Under the pieces are notes generated by a model, which did not search any database, was not told the DNA's origin, and worked only from the letters and a program-made list of their open reading frames with translations. A program made the position numbers and the translations under genes. A stretch of DNA of 40,810 nucleotides from Candidatus Micrarchaeia archaeon (GTDB taxonomy: Archaea; Micrarchaeota; Micrarchaeia; Anstonellales; Anstonellaceae), in assembly GCA_041662045.1 (NCBI GenBank), contig JBAZTI010000001.1:41111-81920 (forward strand). The letters run 5' to 3'. Shown here one piece after another: positions 8,650 through 16,532 of the stretch; the stretch's first letter is position 1; each line of letters begins with the position of its first letter.

Positions 8650-8955
8650 TTACGGCGGCATCCTGTAAAGCTGCAGGTGCGGCACGCCGCCTATCGTCTT
8701 TGCGTGCGAGACGGCAAGCCCTGCCTTTTTCGCGGCTGCAAGCGCCTTTTTGCCCACGATGTTGGCATTCTGCGCGCGCGAGAGGGCTTCCACCGCCTCT
8801 TTCTCGCCCACTTTCCTCCCGAGGTAGAAAGGCGCATATGCTGACAAGTCAAGGCGCAGCTTGCCGCTTTCGAGCACCTTGCCGATGAGCTCGATGTCGC
8901 AAAGCGCGGCAATCTCCCCGTCAGGCGATGCATGCATCTTCAGGTACATGCGCAT
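8650..8955 (-). CDS. DUF424 family protein
   Basis: 101-aa core MRMYLKMH...AALCDIELIGK...FYLGRKV...NIVGKKA...GGVPHLQLYRM fits my memory of archaeal DUF424. The upstream part of the tracked ORF overlaps the divergent lipoprotein gene. Confidence 0.7.
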   Translation of the reverse strand: MRMYLKMHASPDGEIAALCDIELIGKVLESGKLRLDLSAYAPFYLGRKVGEKEAVEALSRAQNANIVGKKALAAAKKAGLAVSHAKTIGGVPHLQLYRMPP

Positions 8956-9001
8956 GAAGGCAGCGGCAAGGCTAATAAAAGATTGGCATGGAAACAGTGA
9001 T

Positions 9002-9628
9002 ATGGGAAAACTTTCAGCGGCAGCGGCTGTTGCCTCGTTTTTGTTCCTGTTTGGATGCGCGCAGGGCGGGCCAGCCGGCCAAGCGGCAAGCGCTGCGAAC
9101 GGTTCTTTCATCCTGCCCCAATCCGCTGTTTCATACCATGCGCGCTATGCCGTCGAGGAAGGCGGCCCCATGGCAAAGGAGGTCTGGCGCGCGGGAGACG
9201 ATATGAGAATCGACTTGCTGGTTCAGGGGAAACAGGCCCTTTCATTCTATTTCACGGGCGGCCGCGCATATTCCTGCTCCCACCTTTCCGCGCCCCCTGC
9301 CTGCTATGACATGGGCGCGAGGTTCTCGCAGGGCGATGCCGGAAGGCTGGTTCCATCCGAGAAAGACGTGGCTGGCGCCACAAAGGCGGAGAGCGTGAAA
9401 ATCGGAAGCACAACCGGGGAATGTTATGATGTCTATGCCGGCGCCCTGGGCTCGCGCAAGCTCTGCTTTGCCCCGCACGGAGTGGTGGCGTACGACTCCT
9501 ATAATGTGAGCAAGACGATGGTGCACACGGAATACCTGACGGGCATAGAGTATTACGGCAATGGAGAAGGCATTGATGGCGGCGTGTTCGCCCTCCCGTC
9601 GGCGCCTGTTTTCGCGCCTTCAGGCTAG
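9002..9628 (+). CDS. hypothetical lipobox (lipoprotein-type signal) protein
   Basis: ATG at 9002. Signal MGKLSAAAAVASFLFLFGC with Cys after an L-F-G lipobox-like motif. Confidence 0.55.
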   Translation: MGKLSAAAAVASFLFLFGCAQGGPAGQAASAANGSFILPQSAVSYHARYAVEEGGPMAKEVWRAGDDMRIDLLVQGKQALSFYFTGGRAYSCSHLSAPPACYDMGARFSQGDAGRLVPSEKDVAGATKAESVKIGSTTGECYDVYAGALGSRKLCFAPHGVVAYDSYNVSKTMVHTEYLTGIEYYGNGEGIDGGVFALPSAPVFAPSG

Positions 9629-9654
9629 GCGCTTTGGGGGAATTGGAATAAAAG

Positions 9655-9760
9655 TGGGCCCGGGAGGAATCGAACCCCCAGTCTTCGCTGTGTAAGAGCG
9701 ACGTCTTAACCATTGCCGATCTTGCTGCCCGCAGGCAGCAAAGTGTTCGACTACGGGCCC
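9655..9760 (-). tRNA. tRNA-Val (anticodon UAC) with an intron of about 29-30 nt in the D-loop
   Basis: Minus-strand read: GGGCCCG UA GUCG...AGAC G UCGCU CUUACAC AGCGA AGACU GGGGG UUCGAUU CCUCC CGGGCCC A. 106 nt against about 76 expected. The extra sequence (about 9715-9743) holds a 9-bp hairpin UUUGCUGCC/GGCAGCAAG. Confidence 0.8.
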
Positions 9761-9829
9761 GCGCCTGCGGTTTAGCTTCGGTGCCAAAAGCATTAAATAC
9801 CGCGCGCGAGAATAGCGTCCTGGTGATTG

Positions 9830-10516
9830 ATGATGGCTTATGAAAACCTGCTGAACCAGCTCCAGGCAAGCTCGGTGGGCTTTGTCGGGAACCTGCTCGA
9901 GGGCGTGTTTGCGTTTTGTATCCTGGTCGCAATCATGCTTGTCGGCGTCTGGGTGGCAAACCTTCTCGGCATGGTCCTCAAGGAATTTTTCCAGAGGGCG
10001 AGGCTTGAGAAGTTCCTGGAGCACCATGGGGTGCACGACGCTCTTTTCGGCTTCACGCTTTCCGGGATCGCCATAATACTGCTCAAGCTTTACGTGGTGG
10101 TGGCTTTCCTGGGCATTGCTGCCGAGGCTGTGAAGGCACCCATGCTCTACACAATATCGGCGCAGGCGCTCAGCTACCTGCCATCCCTTGTGCAGGGGCT
10201 GATAATAGTGCTGGCCGCGCTCATGGCAGGGGACTACCTCACGGACAAGATAAGGGGAAGCAAGAAGCTCCCGTTTGCAAACAGCATCGGGGCGCTGGTG
10301 ATGCTCTTCATCGCCTACAACGCGCTCGTGATCGCGCTGCCCATGCTTCTTCCGTCGGCCGACCCGACGCTGCTCGTCTGGTCATTCCTGGTGATCCTCA
10401 CGGCATTCGCAATTGCCATAGGCTTTGGCTTCGCGATTGCGATAGGGCTCGGGATGAAGGACACTGTTGCAGACCTGGCCAGGAAGCACAAGGAAAAGTT
10501 CGACAGGCTGCTGTAA
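9830..10516 (+). CDS. membrane protein (multiple TM helices, function unknown)
   Basis: ATG at 9830/9833 (the tracked start at 9827 is TTG). Hydrophobic helices run throughout, with a basic C-terminal tail. Confidence 0.6.
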   Translation: MMAYENLLNQLQASSVGFVGNLLEGVFAFCILVAIMLVGVWVANLLGMVLKEFFQRARLEKFLEHHGVHDALFGFTLSGIAIILLKLYVVVAFLGIAAEAVKAPMLYTISAQALSYLPSLVQGLIIVLAALMAGDYLTDKIRGSKKLPFANSIGALVMLFIAYNALVIALPMLLPSADPTLLVWSFLVILTAFAIAIGFGFAIAIGLGMKDTVADLARKHKEKFDRLL

Positions 10517-10519
10517 GCG

Positions 10520-10549
10520 CCTGTTCTTTTTTTATTTCTTTTTTATTTG
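10520..10549 (+). terminator. oligo-T terminator region
   Basis: TTCTTTTTTTATTTCTTTTTTATTT lies immediately after the stop at 10516. Confidence 0.45.
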
Positions 10550-10568
10550 CCCCAGGGTCAGCGCTGCT

Positions 10569-11168
10569 TCAGAGCGCTATCCTGTCCCCGTCGCGCACCG
10601 CGCCGTTGCGGACGAGTTTCATCCGCACTAGGTCAACCACGGTTGAGCCCTGCGCATACCTGCATCTGCCGCCGTCTATCAGCAGGTCCGCGCCATCCGA
10701 GATTTCGCGGGCCACCCTTGCAGGCTCTGCCGCCCCTTCTTCTCCGGACAGGTTGGCGCTCGTGGAGACTATGGGCACGCCAAGAGATTTCGCAACCGCC
10801 CGCATGAAGGCGTGCTCAGGCACGCGCACGCCGGCCTCAAGACCTTCGGATATGGGAAGTGGCTGCCGGAGCGGCACGATGAACGTGTAGGGCCCTGGCA
10901 AAAGCGCGTGCATGATTTTCTCCTGCTCGGGCGAGATGCGGCAGAAACGGAGGAGCATTGCAAAGTCCGCAACCACGATGGAAAGCGGCTTTGCAGCATC
11001 GCGGCGCTTGAGGGCGCAAAGCCTTTTTACAGCGGAAGCCGAGGTCGCGTCGCACCCTATGCCGTAAAGGGTGTCGGTTGGGTAGATGACCAGCCCGCCT
11101 GCGGAAATGGCCGCGCAGGCTGCCTCAAAAGCAGTGTCATAGTCCTGGAGGGGGATGGTAAGCGCCAT
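10569..11168 (-). CDS. YrdC/Sua5-domain protein (L-threonylcarbamoyladenylate synthase-like, YrdC domain only)
   Basis: VIYPTDTLYGIGCDA...KRRDAAKPLSIVV...STSANLSGE are classic YrdC motifs. 199 aa. Confidence 0.85.
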   Translation of the reverse strand: MALTIPLQDYDTAFEAACAAISAGGLVIYPTDTLYGIGCDATSASAVKRLCALKRRDAAKPLSIVVADFAMLLRFCRISPEQEKIMHALLPGPYTFIVPLRQPLPISEGLEAGVRVPEHAFMRAVAKSLGVPIVSTSANLSGEEGAAEPARVAREISDGADLLIDGGRCRYAQGSTVVDLVRMKLVRNGAVRDGDRIAL

Positions 11169-11176
11169 AAAATCCG

Positions 11177-11944
11177 TCAGGTTTTCCTCTTCCCTGCCTC
11201 GCGGATGGCGCGCACGAATTCCGAGACTTTCTTCTTAGTGTCCCCGCCCTTCTCAAGGGCGGTGCCCACCTGGACCGCGCCTGCGCCAGCGGCTATCACA
11301 GAAGCGGCCTCCTGCGGGGTGCGTATGCCCCCTGCGGCAATGTAGGGGACTGAAACCGCGCGCGAAACCGCAGCCACCATGTCAAGGGGCATGTGGCCTT
11401 CCTTCGGGTTTGAGCCGCAGTCAGTGAGCACCAGGCGGCTTCCTGACATTTCGGCAGAGAGGGCTAGCGCTGCCGCGATTTGCGGCTTGTCACGGGGCAC
11501 AAGGTTGGCGTCGCCCACAAAGCCCACTGTGCCGCCGGGCGCAACCACGATGTAGCCCACAGGAAGCGCCTCAAGGCCCATTTTTTTCACTGAAGGCGCC
11601 GCAAGCATCTGCGCCTGGGAAATCCAGTACGGGTTGCGGCTGTTCAAAAGCGACATGAAATAGACCGCGTCGGCGTGCCTGGTCACCGTGGAGATGTTCC
11701 CCGGGAAGAGCACGACAGGCACGCTTGCTTTTTCCTTTATGCTTTTGGTGACCGTGTCCAGAAGCTCGCCTTGCGCGCCCATGCTGCCGCCTATGAGCAC
11801 GATGTCCGCCCCGCCTTCGGACGCCTGGCAGCCGGCGGATATCGCGTCCTGCGGGGACTTGTAGTCCACAGGGTCGATGAGCGCGAACAGCAGCCCGCCC
11901 TTTTTCGCGATTCCGTCCTTGATGTATGATTCCACTTTGCCCAT
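11177..11944 (-). CDS. geranylgeranylglyceryl phosphate synthase (GGGPS / PcrB family)
   Basis: LFALIDPVD..., GADIVLIGGS, and a C-terminal IAAGGIRTPQEA...GAGAVQVGTA TIM-barrel phosphate-binding pattern. Confidence 0.85.
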   Translation of the reverse strand: MGKVESYIKDGIAKKGGLLFALIDPVDYKSPQDAISAGCQASEGGADIVLIGGSMGAQGELLDTVTKSIKEKASVPVVLFPGNISTVTRHADAVYFMSLLNSRNPYWISQAQMLAAPSVKKMGLEALPVGYIVVAPGGTVGFVGDANLVPRDKPQIAAALALSAEMSGSRLVLTDCGSNPKEGHMPLDMVAAVSRAVSVPYIAAGGIRTPQEAASVIAAGAGAVQVGTALEKGGDTKKKVSEFVRAIREAGKRKT

Positions 11945-11948
11945 GGTA

Positions 11949-13031
11949 TCAAGCCTCGCTTTTGTTGCTTTTCCCTTCCTTGCCTGCCATTTTTCGCCGT
12001 TGGCTTTTTTCAGGCTCCTTCCTGCCGCTTTTTTCCAGGTAAATCCTTGCCATTTGTTTGATGCCGTCCCCTAATTTAACCTTTGCCTCAAAGCCGAGCT
12101 CCCGCGCAGCCCTGCCTGTCGAGTAGGCCCTGTCAAGCGTAAGCTGGCGGACGTTTTCCGCGTCAAACGGAAGGATGGGCTGCATGCCGAGCGCTGAAAG
12201 CAGCCCGCTTACCGCCACGGCGGACTGCACGATTAGCAGGGGGGAGCGGCGTATGGGCAGGGGCGCCTTGAGCTCTTTTGCAGCCATTTCCATCAGTTCG
12301 GCCTGGGTGGGCCCTTCCTCGCCGGCTATGTTGTATTCTCGGCATGAAACCAGGTGGGCATCCAGCGCGAGAAGCACTGCCCGCACTGCATCGTCCGCGT
12401 GCACCAGGGGTATCCTGTTCTGCCCGTCCCCGAATACCCTCATCTTGCCTTTTTCCAGGAAGCTAAAAACGTCGAAATACCCCTGCTCGAAGCCTGGGCC
12501 GTAAATCATGCCAAGCCTGAGCAGCGCGGTTGGGATGCCCCTGCGGTGCGCGCGCACCTCTTCCTCTGCCGCGAGCTTGCTTTTGCCATATGGGCTTTCG
12601 GCAAGGGGGGGAAAGTCCTCGTCCACAAGCTGCCCCCTGTATTCGCCGTATATGGAAATTGAGCTTGCAGCCACTAGCTTGGAAAGCCCCTGCGGGCAGG
12701 ATGAAACGAGGTTGCGCGTGGCAACCGCGTTTGAAAGCATGAGCTCGCCCATAGGGCGGCTGCCAAGCAATCCTGCCAGGTGGACAACCCTGTCAACCCC
12801 CAGGAACGCCCCGCGCGGCAGGGGGCCTGACGAGAGGTCGAACTCGAGCCTTTCCACGCCCCTGGGCAGCTGGCTTTTGCTTCCAGGCCGCACAATTGCG
12901 CGCACTTTTTCCTTCCTTGCCAGAAGCGCAGCTAGCACACGGCTCCCCAGCCTGCCGCTGGCACCCGTCAGGAGTATCTTGCGCTGCTCATCGCGAGAGG
13001 CAGGCGCAAAAGACGCCGGGATTTTCCCCAT
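11949..13031 (-). CDS. NAD-dependent epimerase/dehydratase (extended SDR) with a K/E-rich C-terminal tail
   Basis: Rossmann motif LLTGASGRLGSRV and Y-x-x-x-K (SPYGKSK). 4-nt gap to the GGGPS start. Confidence 0.75.
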   Translation of the reverse strand: MGKIPASFAPASRDEQRKILLTGASGRLGSRVLAALLARKEKVRAIVRPGSKSQLPRGVERLEFDLSSGPLPRGAFLGVDRVVHLAGLLGSRPMGELMLSNAVATRNLVSSCPQGLSKLVAASSISIYGEYRGQLVDEDFPPLAESPYGKSKLAAEEEVRAHRRGIPTALLRLGMIYGPGFEQGYFDVFSFLEKGKMRVFGDGQNRIPLVHADDAVRAVLLALDAHLVSCREYNIAGEEGPTQAELMEMAAKELKAPLPIRRSPLLIVQSAVAVSGLLSALGMQPILPFDAENVRQLTLDRAYSTGRAARELGFEAKVKLGDGIKQMARIYLEKSGRKEPEKSQRRKMAGKEGKSNKSEA

Positions 13032-13053
13032 GGGAAGGATAGGGAAAGCAGGC

Positions 13054-13061
13054 TATTTATA
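13054..13061. promoter_or_regulatory. TATA-like box shared by divergent epimerase operon and tmk
   Basis: TATTTATA sits in the 46-nt spacer between ATGs at 13031 (minus) and 13078 (plus). Confidence 0.4.
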
Positions 13062-13077
13062 GCTTAGCTGGAAAGGG

Positions 13078-13692
13078 ATGGCTATGCTCATTGTCATTGA
13101 AGGCATAGATGGCTCGGGGAAGGGGGGGCAGGTTGCGCGCCTGCTGGCCTTTTTCAGGCAGAACAGGATAAGGTGCAGGCTGCACAAATACCCGACCGGG
13201 AAGGCAAAGGAGGCTTTCTTGCACCTCAGGGGGGAAACGGATGTTGCCCCCGAGAGGCTGGCAGATGTTTTTGCAGACGACATTGCCTCGGAGCGGAAGA
13301 AAATCGAGCGCGAGATTGCCGCTGGCTTTGTGGTGGTGTGCGACAGGTACCTGCATTCCACGCTTGCCTACCAGGGGGCCGGGATGGGCTTTGCGCGGCT
13401 TAAGAGAAGGCTTTTGGGGGCTGACGCCCTGGTGCCTGACATCGTGATACTGCTTGATGTGCCTGCCAGCCTGTCAGGGGAGAGGAAGCGGCGGCAGAAA
13501 ACGCCAGACAGGTTTGAGAAGGATGGCGCCTTTTTGGAGAAAGTGCGCGCGAATTACCTGCGGGAGGCTGCAGAGGGATTCCTTGCCTACAAGTATGCGG
13601 TGGTGGATGCCAGCCGCTCGAAGGCGGAGGTTTTCTCCGAGGTGGTGCTGCACGTGGAGCCGCTTGTCGTCAAGAGGATGAAGAATTCCTGA
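13078..13692 (+). CDS. tmk: thymidylate kinase
   Basis: P-loop IEGIDGSGKG, DRY motif (CDRYLHSTLAYQ), and lid region. Confidence 0.88.
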   Translation: MAMLIVIEGIDGSGKGGQVARLLAFFRQNRIRCRLHKYPTGKAKEAFLHLRGETDVAPERLADVFADDIASERKKIEREIAAGFVVVCDRYLHSTLAYQGAGMGFARLKRRLLGADALVPDIVILLDVPASLSGERKRRQKTPDRFEKDGAFLEKVRANYLREAAEGFLAYKYAVVDASRSKAEVFSEVVLHVEPLVVKRMKNS

Positions 13693-13697
13693 GATGG

Positions 13698-14066
13698 TCA
13701 GGCCCCTTTTTCGCACCTCAAGTCAGCGCGAAGCTCGCATCTCTCCGCGATTGTGCCGTCCTTCCCGAAGCCGAAGAAGGTGAGCCTAAGGGCGTATGTG
13801 TCTGGATAGGACGAGGCTCCGCCGAAAATGCGGACTTTTTTCGAGATGCGCTCGCCTGGAAGCGCGATGCCTATGCGCAGCCTCCCGTGCGAGAGCGTCT
13901 TGTCTGGAGCAAGCGAGATTGCCTCTGGGATAACGAGGTCTGCCTCGACCCACAAAGGCGAGCCGCCCTCGTTTTTCACCGAAACTTCCATCTCGACCTC
14001 GCTTCGGGCGTAGGCATTCATCCTGATGGGTGAAAAGTGGGTGTTGGGGTTAAGCATGACTTGCAT
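13698..14066 (-). CDS. hypothetical protein (predicted beta-rich, 122 aa)
   Basis: ORF with coding-like composition and no recognisable motif. Divergent from the wHTH gene. Confidence 0.45.
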   Translation of the reverse strand: MQVMLNPNTHFSPIRMNAYARSEVEMEVSVKNEGGSPLWVEADLVIPEAISLAPDKTLSHGRLRIGIALPGERISKKVRIFGGASSYPDTYALRLTFFGFGKDGTIAERCELRADLRCEKGA

Positions 14067-14108
14067 TCGCTGGGGAGATTTTTAACCTTTGGCGCCCAAA
14101 GCGCGGAC

Positions 14109-14582
14109 ATGGGGATGCCTGAAAGCCAGCTCATACGGGGCGAGTGCCTGGTGCGCGAGCTGCAGTTCAACGAGGACGTCAAGCTCACGAGAAAGGCGCT
14201 TGTGAGGTGGCTTGCCCTCTCCCTCGGCTTGATTTCGCCGAACGAGACGCGCGCGGGCCTGCTCGAGGTGCTTGAAGCGCTCCTATATTTCCACTTCAGG
14301 AAAAGGCACGGCGGGGCTGACCCTGACATTTACCAGATACTTGACAAGGTGAAGGAGATAAGGAAGGATGAGCCCAACCCGAAGGCTGTGCGCTACCACC
14401 TGCTGCAGCTCAAGAAGCTCGGGATCATCGAGGCGAAATCGCGCAGGTACCGCTTCGTGCTTTCCCCGATGCAGGAAAACGACGACCTGTCGCTTGCGCT
14501 CTCGCATGTTTACCGCCAGAGGATGGACTCTTCTTTTGAGAAAATAAGGAAGGCGCTTTCCCTGCTTGAGAAGATGGGCTAG
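14109..14582 (+). CDS. putative winged-helix DNA-binding protein
   Basis: ATG at 14109. AVRYHLLQLKKLGIIEAKSRRYRF resembles a wHTH recognition helix plus wing. Confidence 0.5.
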   Translation: MGMPESQLIRGECLVRELQFNEDVKLTRKALVRWLALSLGLISPNETRAGLLEVLEALLYFHFRKRHGGADPDIYQILDKVKEIRKDEPNPKAVRYHLLQLKKLGIIEAKSRRYRFVLSPMQENDDLSLALSHVYRQRMDSSFEKIRKALSLLEKMG

Positions 14583-14584
14583 CA

Positions 14585-15655
14585 TTAGAAAGGTCCTTCG
14601 CACAGTATCTTTTTTTCAAACTCGGCTTTGCTGAAGCCAAAGCCATGCTCCGCCTTATTGAAATAATCGAAATATTCCTTTATCGGGACAAGAACGGGTT
14701 GGCCATTCAAAAATGGCACTAGCGGGGCTATTTTCTGTATGCCCATACTTGCGAGATTGAGTATTACCAGCTTCTTTGCGTCAAGTTTGACTATGTCGCT
14801 TTCCTTCGCTTCCAGGCTTCGGTAATAGCTGGTGATGAACGCAATTGCTGGGTCGTTTTTGTCTATCATTACATCCACTGTCATGAAAGAGCTGTTGTGA
14901 TGCCTTGTGACCGGCATTTTCGCTATAATTTCGTCCCCAAGCTCATAAACAATTTTTTGAGGCGGAATTGCAGCATCTGCACTGAACCGCCCCATATCAG
15001 GAGCAAATTTGTGCGAGATCGAGATGTTGTAATGGTACGTGGTGGCCCCAGGACGGAGTGGCTCTGGCCGTTCGTACCTGCGTGCCCCAAGGAAATACTT
15101 ATGCTTTGCCCTGTAATCCCCTGCTTTTTCGCCCACCCTTTTGAGAAGGGCGAACGCGAGTTCGGATGGCTTTATTGGTCGGAGCGGAACTTCGATTTTT
15201 CTGAGTTGTGCTAGCCTGGCGCTGGATGGGGAAAGGGTGGGCATAATTGAGGCTATCCCTTCCCTTTCCAGGCTTTTTGTTGAGATTATCTCGGCATAGC
15301 TTCCAAAGCCATTCATTATTTGTCCATACATCCACAGGCCTTGGAATGGATATAATCTCAAAAGCTGGGCATGCTGCCCGTCTTGTGAGATTTCGTATGC
15401 AATGGTCCCTGCATAAGCAATTCCGGTGGAAAAATCTATTTTTGATGCGCCGCTTTCAAACATTCTGGGGAGTTGATAAATCAGGCCCTGGTCATTCTTC
15501 CCGACATCAGGATATGTTTTGCCCAAGGTGAGGAAAAAGTGGTACTCCCGCTGTTTTTCGTATTTTTCAAGGCGCACGAACAGCTGGGTGCGCCCTGAAA
15601 CCTGAGAGTGGAGACGCCTGTGGACCGTGTTGTTTTGCTGAAGCGGCTGTTGCAT
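14585..15655 (-). CDS. hypothetical protein, compositionally anomalous (low-GC) orphan
   Basis: 356-aa uninterrupted ORF. Sampled lines give about 40-53% GC against about 62-72% in neighbours. It has its own TATA box and no motif I recognise. Confidence 0.6.
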   Translation of the reverse strand: MQQPLQQNNTVHRRLHSQVSGRTQLFVRLEKYEKQREYHFFLTLGKTYPDVGKNDQGLIYQLPRMFESGASKIDFSTGIAYAGTIAYEISQDGQHAQLLRLYPFQGLWMYGQIMNGFGSYAEIISTKSLEREGIASIMPTLSPSSARLAQLRKIEVPLRPIKPSELAFALLKRVGEKAGDYRAKHKYFLGARRYERPEPLRPGATTYHYNISISHKFAPDMGRFSADAAIPPQKIVYELGDEIIAKMPVTRHHNSSFMTVDVMIDKNDPAIAFITSYYRSLEAKESDIVKLDAKKLVILNLASMGIQKIAPLVPFLNGQPVLVPIKEYFDYFNKAEHGFGFSKAEFEKKILCEGPF

Positions 15656-15677
15656 GGCATTATTGTTATAAGAAATG

Positions 15678-15685
15678 TTTATAAA
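15678..15685 (-). promoter_or_regulatory. TATA box for the low-GC orphan gene
   Basis: TTTATAAA lies 23-30 nt upstream of the ATG at 15655, in a 48-nt AT-rich spacer. Confidence 0.45.
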
Positions 15686-15703
15686 TGAAGTTACTTGGCA
15701 GCA

Positions 15704-16528
15704 TTACCTGGCTTTGCCGAGTTTGGGGAGCCCCAGTGCGGAAGCGATGGAATGGAGCGCGCCCTGCCCCTGCCGCTCGAATTCCCCGTGCGAGTGGGGC
15801 GAGCGCACAAGAAGCGAGCAGCCCACCTTTTTCACAGCGCCCGATGCAAGCAGGCGTTCCAGCCCCTCCTCTGCGCGCGCAGGCGGGACTGCGTGCGCGC
15901 GGGAGAAAAGCGCGGCGTCGAACCTGCCGCGGTGCGAGGAGAGCCAGTCCTGCACGAGCTCAAGGAGCGCATCGTCGGAGACTGATTCCAGCTTCTTTAT
16001 GCGGGCAGAAAGCGCCGAGAGCTGGCGCTCAAGCTCGAGAGAGGACAGCACGCTTTCCTCCGAGGAGCGCAGGAGCGCGCGGTTCTTCGAAAGCAGGGAG
16101 GACAGGTCCTCCTGCGCATCGCGGCATTTCTTGGCAAGCGACTCGTACGGGGCATTTGCGATTTCCCCTGCAGAGGAGAGGGATGGGAGGATGAGCCCGG
16201 CAAGCCCCGATGCGCTTGCCTGGGCAGAGGGGAACAGCGAGAGCACATGGAGCAGCGTGGCGCAGGCGCGCATTTCCTCAAGGGAGGGGTCGCTTGACTG
16301 CGGGAAAGACGCCTTTATGGACACTGAGGAGCGGCGCAGCGCGATTTGCAGGCTTGAGATTGGCAGGTTGTGCATCCCTCGCCTGCTTTTCCTTATCACA
16401 ATGGAGGATTTTGAAGTGGAAACGCTGTCAAAGCCGAGCCCTGCGAGGGAAGCTGCGTTCGGGGGGAATTTGCCCGTGAATGAAACCGGCAGTGACCGCT
16501 CGAACGTCAAGCTTCGTGCCTGCTGCAT
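15704..16528 (-). CDS. hypothetical coiled-coil protein, translationally coupled to the HerA-like ATPase
   Basis: ATG at 16528 is preceded by GGAGGTAATCAT (Shine-Dalgarno, SD) lying over the ATPase stop. Contains heptad-like LELERQLSALSARIKKLESV. The opposite-strand 285-aa ORF is Ser/Arg-rich junk. Confidence 0.55.
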   Translation of the reverse strand: MQQARSLTFERSLPVSFTGKFPPNAASLAGLGFDSVSTSKSSIVIRKSRRGMHNLPISSLQIALRRSSVSIKASFPQSSDPSLEEMRACATLLHVLSLFPSAQASASGLAGLILPSLSSAGEIANAPYESLAKKCRDAQEDLSSLLSKNRALLRSSEESVLSSLELERQLSALSARIKKLESVSDDALLELVQDWLSSHRGRFDAALFSRAHAVPPARAEEGLERLLASGAVKKVGCSLLVRSPHSHGEFERQGQGALHSIASALGLPKLGKAR

Positions 16529-16532
16529 ATGA

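Noticed and set aside
15675-16532. Plus-strand 285-aa ORF overlapping the coiled-coil gene
   Set aside because: It has a Ser/Arg/Cys-rich low-complexity translation and no SD. The minus-strand frame has an SD, coupling to the ATPase stop and heptad-like sequence.
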